Below the pieces are notes generated by a model, which worked only from the letters and a program-made list of their open reading frames with translations, had not been told where the DNA came from and searched no databases. This document shows positions 49,801 through 58,683 of a stretch of DNA of 64,000 nucleotides, one piece after another. Every line of letters begins with the position of its first letter. The stretch's first letter is position 1. Both the position numbers and the translations under genes were made by a program. Origin of the DNA: Bacteroidota bacterium (GTDB lineage: Bacteria > Bacteroidota > Bacteroidia > AKYH767-A > OLB10); contig JANOXC010000070.1 in the NCBI GenBank assembly GCA_031418215.1, forward strand, positions 1,419 through 65,418, in the 5' to 3' direction.

Positions 49801-51950
49801 CCTGTCAATCCAACACATTTCATCAATCCCAACCATTGTCCAGGACGAAAATTTCTTTCTTCGTCAAAATACCATCCTGCTCCTACAAATGGTGAATATA
49901 ATTTATCGCCGGTGGCAAGTTCTTCTTTACGTGATCGTGCCAACCATCTCCACCCACGTGGTATTTGTGAACGGTCATCAACTGTTAAATTTGTTACCTG
50001 AATCCGCCAGCGTGAAGGTGTGATGGGATAAAAATCCATGGTGGAATAAGCATATTTGAAAATGCCATTACTGCCCGTTGAATCGAATCGCTGAGTTTGA
50101 CGGAGCTTGGGCCAATAGTATCTGTCATCAGGGCCACCATCTACACCATAATTTAAAAAATTGGTGTTGGCAAGACGAGCATCGTTGAGAATAATATCGC
50201 GATAAGCAACATTATCAACATCAATTTTCCTGTTTCCCAAATATTCTCGCCATTGTTGCTGTGTACAATTCAAACAAGCCTGGTGCATTTCGTAGTTATC
50301 TTTAAATGCAGTTGGAATATTGTTTGTTTGATCATAGGAATTAGCATCATAAACCGGAGCCGCTTCATTGTTATCTACAATATAACTGATGTGAAAAGTA
50401 GAAGAAGAGTGCAACTTGTTAAGCACCGTATCTAAAATAAGTTTTCCTGAAACTCCATCGCTTGTGTAATTGTTTATTCCGGAAGAGGGAAGCCAGAATT
50501 TAGTAGTTGAAGCTGCTCCACTTCTGCTTAAGTATTTATATGGTTGGAAATATTGATTGGTAGCATAATCATATTTCACAGAATAAAAGGATTGTTGATT
50601 TGTTGAATTTCCAAATCCCTGGTAACGCAACAATGTTCCACCCGGTAGTTGTGCACGGTTCGTGAATAAGGCATATTCAAATGTGGAAGCCAAGGTATTA
50701 GAGAGATTGGTAACCCATTCCATCCATTTATAAGGATGTGTTCCGGGAGTATTAACATCGTTTATTTCATTGGGAAGGCTTTCTGATAAGTTGAAATAAT
50801 AATTCCATTTAGAAGCAAGTCTGATTTGCATATCCAGACTTGTTTGCAATTGAACATTTAAATCTGATGAACTATAAGTCCCCACCCATTTACTTCGTAC
50901 AAGGTTCATATTCTTATGCAATAAATGATTGGGTTTGTAGCGTGGCAATGGAAAAGAAAGTAATTGTTCCAATGCTGAATGCGTAACGTAATAAGCGCTT
51001 TGATCACCACCACCCAAGGTATGGCCAAAAGGAAATTCGTTGGGATCAGGATCAGTTGTTAAGGCTATTTTATTTTCATATGCTTTTGTGAGGCCATATA
51101 TATAATGTCGTGGTGCATTGTTGTTAATTCCTTTGAAATCATTAAAGTGCTGTGCTACTTCTTCATCGGTAATTACATCATTATAATATGCAACTTCATC
51201 AATGCCACCCACCATTTTGTCGTATGACGTTGTTGAATTAACAAACAGGGTACAGGTTGGTGCTGTAAAATTACCCGGCGTTGCAAAAGAAGAAAACTCC
51301 GCAGGACTTACACCATCAATCCATATTTTTTTTAATCCGGTTTCTGTGTTGTAGCTGAATGCCACATGGTGCCATTGATTGTCTAAGTAATATTGAATGG
51401 ATCTCCTGTCGAGGCCTGTAAGCTCAATGGTAAATGTATTGGCATCTGATGTAGGCGTTCCATTGGGGTCGGTAAAAAAAACAATTTCTGCACCACCATC
51501 GGTAACTGTTAAATCGAAATTAAAATAAAAATTAAGAAATGTACCTGGTTGCGTCTGACTTGTTGAGCGTGATAAAGTAAAGAGGTTGGCGCGGCGTTGC
51601 ACACCAAATGCATCATCAAACCGAATCAATGTCTCAAAGCTTATTCCCTTATTTCCAAAATTGATATTGCTATTCCGCAACTGTGCATTGGCGGAATTAA
51701 ACAGGGCATAATCTCCAACTGCTTGCGGGGATGTATTCACTACAACAGGAGGAATAGCGGGAAGTGTTAACAGGCAGGAGCTGCAAGCAGATACGCATTG
51801 TGGTTCAGCATAACCTGATGAAGTAGCACTCCAGGGTTGCCAATGCTCATTACCGCCGCCATCAAACGTATAATATACGAATGGCTGAATCTGCCCCATT
51901 GTGAAGGTGCAGCGCAAAAGCACTAAGAATAAAATCAGCCTGGATTTAAT
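46863..51950 (-). CDS. Large secreted protein: LamG domain, unknown ~590-aa domain, CBM-like domain, SprB repeats, MopE-like motif and a non-canonical C-terminal domain
   Basis: LamG (WHHVAFSY...GGIDEVAYYN), SprB repeats (G.YTVTVTDAKGC), DCNDSNALVNP...ICNGIDDNCDG. The start is uncertain: GTG 51923 in the track, or ATT 51950, which gives a full signal peptide. Confidence 0.8.
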   Translation of the reverse strand: MKSRLILFLVLLRCTFTMGQIQPFVYYTFDGGGNEHWQPWSATSSGYAEPQCVSACSSCLLTLPAIPPVVVNTSPQAVGDYALFNSANAQLRNSNINFGNKGISFETLIRFDDAFGVQRRANLFTLSRSTSQTQPGTFLNFYFNFDLTVTDGGAEIVFFTDPNGTPTSDANTFTIELTGLDRRSIQYYLDNQWHHVAFSYNTETGLKKIWIDGVSPAEFSSFATPGNFTAPTCTLFVNSTTSYDKMVGGIDEVAYYNDVITDEEVAQHFNDFKGINNNAPRHYIYGLTKAYENKIALTTDPDPNEFPFGHTLGGGDQSAYYVTHSALEQLLSFPLPRYKPNHLLHKNMNLVRSKWVGTYSSSDLNVQLQTSLDMQIRLASKWNYYFNLSESLPNEINDVNTPGTHPYKWMEWVTNLSNTLASTFEYALFTNRAQLPGGTLLRYQGFGNSTNQQSFYSVKYDYATNQYFQPYKYLSRSGAASTTKFWLPSSGINNYTSDGVSGKLILDTVLNKLHSSSTFHISYIVDNNEAAPVYDANSYDQTNNIPTAFKDNYEMHQACLNCTQQQWREYLGNRKIDVDNVAYRDIILNDARLANTNFLNYGVDGGPDDRYYWPKLRQTQRFDSTGSNGIFKYAYSTMDFYPITPSRWRIQVTNLTVDDRSQIPRGWRWLARSRKEELATGDKLYSPFVGAGWYFDEERNFRPGQWLGLMKCVGLTGVDFYHAYYDEITANPKGYIWQAAIPSYAQAILSRIDHMILFGNVLEGNINSSPGVASQGKAYAFNAGSPLDLITIRQDASELNGAPILKYAITGSIQKLVNMVGDAPLEENVTIDLNAGVGPVDSLRFNIRRQGSTYILDRRRGNANDVVFYQLDKWHQWEHPERWSRDFDLEAEVFDNVTNSLESSIHTEDVNHLPITNGDYRNFTSYVFGNANTYEYHFEPVAAAHYYLYIKARLKTGSNVNPSININLTDVNDTANVIRHTLGCISGTEWMWLMMDTIDVPVEYDLNAVPYLLSVHSLNDNILIDRIYIGLSPNMPGNGVAIAEAACPGPIAITASITPVTCYGANTGEIKVQANGAGPNYEYSINHGVWQAGSYTITLSNLLSGNYYIRARSSNDTTLLSQLLLVSVSQPLTPFMVDLQTANNCNNQKAGKITAVVTGGNMNTYNYQWNNGAITGMIEELPNGIYTVTVTDAKGCTAMQQAEIIAKQFSASTSLSSVSLLNCGSAKITITIDSLSNAAPPFLYSVDGGISFRAPVMEKSYSFTNQPPGNYFALVKDHNGCIATMAGNPLNISGTVVATISSSITPTFKLSCFGNKTSLTVQPTSGYKFLWNTGKTTSTITSISSGTYQVTVTQTSSLCTGKALVTITEPDPVQVQLNISNVTCKNNNDGTAFATITGGTTPFLIHWSNGSGQNSISGLTAGNYSVSVTDSNSCLAAKYFSITSPTNQLSANLTVVQDINCSNLTNGILSVEFANGVTPYIYKWSNNSTDLTIDSLLPGTYSVTVTDAIGCVVTNQKTLSEPSFNYYPDVDADNYGDDLLMVTAGCQIPTGYITIGGDCNDSNALVNPLITEICNGIDDNCDGDTDVYNMAFNMKCFFEGYYIGNGLMAAVLDPINHPMWCDSIDVDLYSFPISSSPAYHVEGIVDINGNVSFNMTNLHCGEYYIAIKHRSSIETWSKEPVNFNESAISFDFTEQ

Positions 51951-52141
51951 GGGAAGGTGTTTTTATTGTTCGGAAGTACGAAGGTAGGAGTATGAGATGG
52001 ATAAAAGGGAATATTAATACCTCAATATCAACAATAACTTGTCAATGTTCTTCTTCCGCTAAATATCTCCCGATAACAAATTTCATTCCTTCCAAAATAG
52101 TTCCGAAATACTGAATAATAACTCTTCCGTATCTTTGCCCA

Positions 52142-54043
52142 ATGGCAAAAAGAGGTAATTTCAACAGTAACGGTAAACAGTCAGACGAATCTCCTAAAGT
52201 AAAAATATCGAAAGAGAGCTTAAAGCAGGCGTTGATTCTTTTTTCCTATATAAAACCCTATCGAGGCAGGTTTATCTTAAGTTTAGTATTCATTGCTTTG
52301 TCGGCATTTACCACAAGCTTATTCCCTTTGTTTTTAGGAAAGATGATTGATGCAGCTACGCCGGGAGCAGCTTTACCAACTGCAGCATCGGGAATTGGTT
52401 CAAAATTGGGTTTTGGATTGGAGGATATTCATTGGAGCATCAATCTTACCTTGTTATTGATCTTCATTCAGCTAAGTGTGCAAACTGTTTTCTCCTTCAT
52501 GCGCGTTTATTTACTTACAGAAGTTGGAGAAAAATCTTTGGCGGATATGCGTCGGGATGTGTACAGCAAATTATTGACTATGCCTATGAGTTTTTTTACT
52601 GAGAAGAGAGTTGGTGAATTAAGCAATCGAATCTCCTCCGATTTATCACAAATACAAGATGCCATTTCATTTACATTGGCAGAATTTCTTCGCGGCATTT
52701 TTGTACTCATCATCGGATTGTGTTTCATTTTCTGGATCAGTGCTAAACTGGCTTTGGTGATGTTAGCCGTAGTTCCTGTGATTGCAATTCTTGCTGTGGT
52801 TTTTGGTATCCGTATACGAAAGATGGCTCGCAAAGCACAAGATCAGTTAGCCGACAGCGGAACCATTGTGCAGGAAACTTTCCAGGGAATTTCCATTGTA
52901 AAATCTTTTACCAGTGAGTTCTATGAAGTAGCCCGTTATGTAAAAAGTATTTATGCTGTTGTTGATACTGCGATCAGCAATGCTCGTTACCGTGGTGCTT
53001 TCGTCTCCTTTATGATATTCAGTGTGTTCGGCACCATTGCATTTGTGATGTGGTATGGCGCGAACATGATACAATCAGGACAGTTAACAATCGGTTCACT
53101 CACCATGTTTGTGATCTTCTCCATGTTCGTTGGTGGAACATTTGCCGGATTTGCAGATATGTTTTCTCAATTGCAGAAAACATTGGGGGCAACACAGAGT
53201 GTACGTGAAATATTAAGAACTGAAGGAGAAGCGGTAGAAGTTGTACAAACAACTGTTGAACCAAAATATGTACTGAGAGGTAACGTTCAATTTGAAAATG
53301 TGGCCTTTAATTACCCGAGCAGAAAAGATGTAACAGTCTTAAAAAATGTTTCACTTTCAGCAAACAACGGTGAACAGATTGCATTAGTTGGCCCAAGTGG
53401 TGCTGGTAAAAGTACAATCGCCTCCTTGTTGTTGCGTTTTTATGAACCTGATAGAGGACAATTATTTTTTGATGGTCGTCCGGCAAAAGATTTTTCCCTC
53501 TCTCAACTACGCATGCAAATGGCATTTGTCCCGCAGGATGTGATTTTATTTGGGGGTAGCATTAAAGAAAATATTGCTTATGGCAGACCAAATGCAAACG
53601 ATGACGAAATTATGGAAGCAGCAAAAAAAGCCAATGCTCACGTTTTCGTAGAACGCTTTCCTGAAAAGTACAATACCATTGTGGGCGAGAGAGGCATCAA
53701 ATTAAGCGGTGGTCAACGTCAGCGCATTGCCATTGCCCGTGCTATTTTACGTGATCCGGCCATTTTAATTTTAGATGAAGCCACATCTTCACTAGACAGT
53801 GAAAGTGAATTGCTGGTGCAGGAAGCGTTGGAGAATTTAATGAAAGGACGAACTTCATTTGTGATTGCACACCGTCTTTCCACCATTCGAAATGCAGATA
53901 AAATTGTTGTGCTCGATCATGGAATTGTAAGTGAAAGTGGTACACACACTGAATTAATGAACCATAATGGCTTGTACCGGAAACTCAACGATATGCAATT
54001 TGAATTCGGAAGCATGGACTCAGTTAATTTAAATGAAGCGTAA
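52142..54043 (+). CDS. ABC transporter, fused permease/ATPase (MsbA-like exporter)
   Basis: Six TM segments; GPSGAGKS, LSGGQRQR, LDEATS, AHRLST. Confidence 0.95.
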   Translation: MAKRGNFNSNGKQSDESPKVKISKESLKQALILFSYIKPYRGRFILSLVFIALSAFTTSLFPLFLGKMIDAATPGAALPTAASGIGSKLGFGLEDIHWSINLTLLLIFIQLSVQTVFSFMRVYLLTEVGEKSLADMRRDVYSKLLTMPMSFFTEKRVGELSNRISSDLSQIQDAISFTLAEFLRGIFVLIIGLCFIFWISAKLALVMLAVVPVIAILAVVFGIRIRKMARKAQDQLADSGTIVQETFQGISIVKSFTSEFYEVARYVKSIYAVVDTAISNARYRGAFVSFMIFSVFGTIAFVMWYGANMIQSGQLTIGSLTMFVIFSMFVGGTFAGFADMFSQLQKTLGATQSVREILRTEGEAVEVVQTTVEPKYVLRGNVQFENVAFNYPSRKDVTVLKNVSLSANNGEQIALVGPSGAGKSTIASLLLRFYEPDRGQLFFDGRPAKDFSLSQLRMQMAFVPQDVILFGGSIKENIAYGRPNANDDEIMEAAKKANAHVFVERFPEKYNTIVGERGIKLSGGQRQRIAIARAILRDPAILILDEATSSLDSESELLVQEALENLMKGRTSFVIAHRLSTIRNADKIVVLDHGIVSESGTHTELMNHNGLYRKLNDMQFEFGSMDSVNLNEA

Positions 54044-54048
54044 TTGCC

Positions 54049-54098
54049 AAACAATCTCAAACCATTTTAAACCAACTCAAACAATATAAAACGATTTA
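54049..54098. repeat. Five degenerate 10-bp tandem repeats
   Basis: AAACAATCTC AAACCATTTT AAACCAACTC AAACAATATA AAACGATTTA. Confidence 0.6.
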
Positions 54099-54105
54099 AC
54101 AGCTA

Positions 54106-54741
54106 ATGAATATTCTAGTTACAGGTGCGAAAGGAAATTTGGGGAATGCTGTTGTAAAAACCTTTTTAGAAAAAAACAGCAAAGTGTTTGCCTGTATATC
54201 ACCAAGAGATCAATCGTTAGAAATTAAAGACTCCAACTTGTCGGTGTTCCCATTGGATCTTAATGATACTGGAGCATGCTTAACATTCACAAAATTTATT
54301 GTTGAAAAGCACCTAAAGATAGATGTTGCTGTGTTGACCGTAGGCGGATTTATGACAGGTAATATAGAAGATGTTTCCATTGCAGATTTTGAAAAAATGA
54401 TCGCATTGAATTTTTACACAGCTTTCAACCTGGTGCAGCCATTGCTTAAGCAAATGAAGCTACAGCAAACTGGTGGAAGAATTATTTTAATCGGCAGTGG
54501 GCCCGGAAGAGATATCGGCAAAGCTAGGGGCAGTGTTGCTTACGCATTTTCAAAATCATTGGTATTTCGCTTGGCAGAATTAATTAATGCAGAAGGAAAA
54601 GAGAATAATATTTTTGCTCATGTAATTGTTCCTACTACTATCGATACTCCACAAAATCGTGCTGCCATGCCCAATGCTGATTTTTCAAAATGGCAAACTG
54701 CTGAATCGATTGCGAATGAAATAGCAGATCTCTGTTTTTAG
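54106..54741 (+). CDS. SDR family oxidoreductase
   Basis: TGAKGNLG, YAFSK, IDTPQNR. Confidence 0.9.
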   Translation: MNILVTGAKGNLGNAVVKTFLEKNSKVFACISPRDQSLEIKDSNLSVFPLDLNDTGACLTFTKFIVEKHLKIDVAVLTVGGFMTGNIEDVSIADFEKMIALNFYTAFNLVQPLLKQMKLQQTGGRIILIGSGPGRDIGKARGSVAYAFSKSLVFRLAELINAEGKENNIFAHVIVPTTIDTPQNRAAMPNADFSKWQTAESIANEIADLCF

Positions 54742-54875
54742 TATATGCATCCGCGTTTGAATGTGGTCATAGGTGATGTAAGTATTTGTAATGCTAAGTA
54801 TCATTGTTTGAGACACAATTTTCCTCATCGATTAATATTGATTTATCACTATTATTGTAAAAAATTACATCGTAA

Positions 54876-55679
54876 ATGAGATTATTGCTAACCCTTAATA
54901 AAAGCTTTGCCAGGATATTTTCCTTTCCTGTTATTATTAAAGGTGTTAAAGTTTATTTCAATTCTGCAGACCGCTTTCTTGCTGCAATGCTCTGGAAAAC
55001 AGGTAGGCTTGAGGGATTTGAAATGGAGCTGTTCAGCAGGTTTGTTAAGCCGAGAATTACAATGCTCGATATTGGTGCCAATATGGGCGTATATAGTTTG
55101 ACTTCTTCAAATGTGATTGGAGATAAGGGTAAAATAATCGCATTTGAGCCTGATAAAGACCATGTGAAAACTTTTACAAAGAGTATTAAAGCAAATGGAT
55201 TTGAAAACATTAAGCTATATCCTTTTGCTGTTAGTGATAAAAATGAAACGCTCGTATTTCATGCCGATACCTTTAATTCAGGCAATAACCAAGTGGCGAA
55301 AGAAAATGAAAACAATAAAAATGAACTCCACGTACAAGCTGTTTGCCTTGATGATTTTTTAAAAGACATGCCAACCGTTGACCTTATCAAAATGGATATT
55401 CAGGGTGCAGAATATTTCGCATTTAAAGGAATGAAAACGCTTTTGGAACGTAATCCGGATGTAGTTGTTTTTGCAGAGTACTGGAAAAAGGGACTGGAAA
55501 AAATGAACGTCAACCCGGCAGATTATATAAACCTCCTCGCTTCGTTTCATTTTAATTTTTATAAAATCGATAACGACTCCAGGCAGGTAAAGCAAATTCA
55601 TACCTCTGACATATTGAATAATCCGGAATTCGATAAAACATTTCTTAACTTAATCTTCTGCCGGAATGCGATTTTTTGA
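54876..55679 (+). CDS. FkbM family methyltransferase
   Basis: LDIGANMG, AFEP, IKMDIQGAE. Confidence 0.92.
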   Translation: MRLLLTLNKSFARIFSFPVIIKGVKVYFNSADRFLAAMLWKTGRLEGFEMELFSRFVKPRITMLDIGANMGVYSLTSSNVIGDKGKIIAFEPDKDHVKTFTKSIKANGFENIKLYPFAVSDKNETLVFHADTFNSGNNQVAKENENNKNELHVQAVCLDDFLKDMPTVDLIKMDIQGAEYFAFKGMKTLLERNPDVVVFAEYWKKGLEKMNVNPADYINLLASFHFNFYKIDNDSRQVKQIHTSDILNNPEFDKTFLNLIFCRNAIF

Positions 55680-55728
55680 TGCTTTTTTTTAAAATGGTAT
55701 TCAGATAAATGATAAATTGTGTTGTAAT

Positions 55729-56283
55729 TTATTCTAATACTAATGGGGCAGCATTGTGATTTTTACCATTTGTATTTTTAAAATAATCATTGATTGCTTT
55801 GGCATCTGTAATTGTAATTCCGGTTAAATAAAAGGGCTCAGAAAATTTTACATTTTTTCTTTCATAATCAAAAGAAGCCATAACTAATGGAATGTTGGCT
55901 TGCAGTGCTATATAATAAAAACCTGTTTTCCATTTCTTAACCGGTTTACGTGTGCCTTCAGGAGCAATGGCCACTGCAAAGCGCTCTTCCTTTTTTACAA
56001 TTGTTACAACCTGGTCAACCAACTTATTACTGGATTTACGATCAACAGGATAACCTCCAAGCGCACGGAACAATATGCCGAATGGGAAATTGAACAATTC
56101 CTTCTTCGCAAGGAAGCCGCAGTTGAATTTTAAAATTGAACGAACAAACAAGCCAACAAAAAAGTCGATGCTGCTTGAATGTGGTGCAACAATGATGATA
56201 AACTTATTAATGTTGCGCGGCACATCGCCAGAAATGCTCCATCCAAATATTTTAAAAAAAATAAATTTATAGAGGTTGCGCAA
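55729..56283 (-). CDS. PlsC-like lysophospholipid acyltransferase
   Basis: PHSSSID (HxxxxD), PVDR, APEGTR, WKTGFY. Confidence 0.9.
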   Translation of the reverse strand: MRNLYKFIFFKIFGWSISGDVPRNINKFIIIVAPHSSSIDFFVGLFVRSILKFNCGFLAKKELFNFPFGILFRALGGYPVDRKSSNKLVDQVVTIVKKEERFAVAIAPEGTRKPVKKWKTGFYYIALQANIPLVMASFDYERKNVKFSEPFYLTGITITDAKAINDYFKNTNGKNHNAAPLVLE

Positions 56284-56307
56284 TATGAAGTTCGATTAAG
56301 ATGATGA

Positions 56308-56811
56308 TTATTGTTCTTTCACTTCCCCACAATCATCAATAATTATCTTCTTAGATGTAGCGCCGCTCTGGCTGCCCAATTTTTCCAGGTTCTTAATCAC
56401 ATCCATGCCTTCTGTTACCTTACCAAATACAACATGTTTACCATCCAGCCAAGAGGTAACCGCCGTTGTAATAAAAAACTGTGAACCGTTTGTGTTAGGG
56501 CCGGCATTGGCCATCGATAACAGACCGGGAACATTATGACGTAGTGTGAAATTTTCATCTGCGAATTTTTCACCATAAATGCTTTTACCGCCTGTTCCGT
56601 TTCTATTGGTAAAATCACCTCCCTGGCACATAAAGTTGGGAATGATGCGATGGAAAGGAGAACCTTTATATCCGAAACCTTTTTCACCAGTACATAATGC
56701 CCGGAAATTTTCTGCTGTTTTAGGCGTTACATCGGCGTGTAATTCAAATACAATACGACCTGCTTTTTCACCATCAGTGGTGATATCAAAAAATACTATT
56801 GGGTTTGACAT
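56308..56811 (-). CDS. Cyclophilin-type peptidyl-prolyl cis-trans isomerase
   Basis: [51 protein letters not shown]. Confidence 0.97.
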   Translation of the reverse strand: MSNPIVFFDITTDGEKAGRIVFELHADVTPKTAENFRALCTGEKGFGYKGSPFHRIIPNFMCQGGDFTNRNGTGGKSIYGEKFADENFTLRHNVPGLLSMANAGPNTNGSQFFITTAVTSWLDGKHVVFGKVTEGMDVIKNLEKLGSQSGATSKKIIIDDCGEVKEQ

Positions 56812-56984
56812 GTGGAATTTTTTTTTGCAAAAGTAATAATTATCAACGAATACTAATATATACTAATTTACGAATTGGTATTTGCTTTGATGTAAATCAT
56901 ATAGAACAGAATCATCTATTCGTAATATTCGCAGCAATTCGTAATTCGTTGATTAAAATACATGGATCTTGCTTAATTTTCGAA

Positions 56985-58541
56985 TCATTCCGGTAGTTGC
57001 TCCTTATCAGCATGTGATATCAATTGAAAGTTATGTATCAATGTGATCTTCAACTTCCGCTTGTATTCATCTTGCAACCATTTTACATAACTCTCTGATG
57101 TCTTACTGAGGCATCGGCAAAAAACGCGTACACGAAAATCAATTTCTTCTTTTATCATTTCCGCCAGCAGCAAGGCCTCATCAATATCTGCACTGTTTTC
57201 CATGCATATTTTAACTTGCTGTTGTAATGAGCGATCAATTACAACCTTTGGTCTTTCCCGATTTGCCAGTGCTTTTTTATGTTCATTCTTAATATCAAAA
57301 TCGATAGGATCAGATTTTATAAATTTCTCCCGCAACTCATCGGGCATTACATATTTATAATTGCGTTCAATCTCTTCATCACTGTAAATAGTTGTGAGGA
57401 AAAGATCAGGGTTACGAAAAATGCTGTCCCAGTCAATAGGAGCATCCCACAAACCGAAGCGGCTTAGGTTATTTCCTAAATCTACAACCGTAAACTCGTT
57501 CTTATTGGGAAGTACGCGAGAGCCCCTTCCAATCATCTGAAAGTATAATGTTAAAGATCTTGTTGCGCGGTTCAGCATTATACATTCGACTGTTGGTTCA
57601 TCAAAACCAGTCGTCAAAATACTTACAGAAGTCAGAATGGCATCGGGCTTGTCACGAAACCATTGCAGGATATCCCTTCTTTCTTTAGGAGAATTCGTAT
57701 TATCAAGATGCCGGACATCATAACCTGCTTCCTTAAATGAAGCATACACATATTGCGAAGTGGAAATACCGTTGTTAAAGATCAAGGTCTTCTTACCTAA
57801 ACATTTTTCGCGGTATGCATTTAACAATTTATCTTGCATGAGATGATTGGTATACAACCGCTCGGAAGAGCTTACTGTGTAGTCTCCGTTAATGCCAATC
57901 TTTAACGATGATAATCCAACATGATAACTGTAAGTTGTTGCTTTGGAAAGAAATCCCATTCCCACTAACGATGATATCGATTCCCCAACAATCAACTCAT
58001 CATAATTTTCACGCATTGGTAAATTGATGTTGGAGCTTAATGGCGTAGCAGTTACACCCAAAACAACACCTTTCTCATAAAACCGGAACAGCTTTCCAAA
58101 AGAATTATAATGTGCCTCATCCACAATCATTAATCCGATATCGTCCAGATCAAGAATTTTATCGCGCAACCTATTGTTCAATGTTTCCACCATGGCTACA
58201 AAACATTTGAATTCATTGGGAACAGGTAATTCCTTTACATCATTGCTGATGATCTTATTGGTTACCCCAAACTCATTCAACATTTTTGAAGTCTGGTTGC
58301 AAAGTTCAACCCGATGGGTAAGGATCATCACCTTCTTGCCTGTATTGGCAATAAATCGACGTGTTATTTCAGAAAAGATAACAGTTTTGCCTCCACCCGT
58401 TGGTAACTGATAAAGCAGGTTATACCTGGAAGGGTGATCTTTCAGTTTTTCAAAGATCTCTTCAATCGCTCCGCGTTGGTAATCATAAAGCTGTTTGCCT
58501 GTGCTTTGTCCTGGGGCTTCGTAGTTTTCTATTGGGAGCAA
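56985..58541 (-). CDS. SF2 DEAD/DEAH-box helicase (ResIII-like)
   Basis: LPTGGGKT, DEAH, TAT, TGFD, QMIGRGSR; TTG start. Confidence 0.9.
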   Translation of the reverse strand: MLPIENYEAPGQSTGKQLYDYQRGAIEEIFEKLKDHPSRYNLLYQLPTGGGKTVIFSEITRRFIANTGKKVMILTHRVELCNQTSKMLNEFGVTNKIISNDVKELPVPNEFKCFVAMVETLNNRLRDKILDLDDIGLMIVDEAHYNSFGKLFRFYEKGVVLGVTATPLSSNINLPMRENYDELIVGESISSLVGMGFLSKATTYSYHVGLSSLKIGINGDYTVSSSERLYTNHLMQDKLLNAYREKCLGKKTLIFNNGISTSQYVYASFKEAGYDVRHLDNTNSPKERRDILQWFRDKPDAILTSVSILTTGFDEPTVECIMLNRATRSLTLYFQMIGRGSRVLPNKNEFTVVDLGNNLSRFGLWDAPIDWDSIFRNPDLFLTTIYSDEEIERNYKYVMPDELREKFIKSDPIDFDIKNEHKKALANRERPKVVIDRSLQQQVKICMENSADIDEALLLAEMIKEEIDFRVRVFCRCLSKTSESYVKWLQDEYKRKLKITLIHNFQLISHADKEQLPE

Positions 58542-58683
58542 GGGGTTATTTTTAAGGTGGTAAAGAGATGATGGGTACTGATTTGCTGACTACAAAAATA
58601 ATGAATTAGCGTAAACATGATTTTCGTCATGGTATAACAATTAAATTATTGTTAATTACGTAGCTTAGAGTATCTTTATACCA

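Noticed and set aside
56308-56811. Eukaryote-like cyclophilin A as a recent horizontal transfer
   Set aside because: Cyclophilins are highly conserved and this type occurs in bacteria; the claim cannot be supported without a phylogeny.
56985-58541. Helicase as part of a defence or restriction system
   Set aside because: No adjacent methylase, nuclease or other defence gene; the context is housekeeping.
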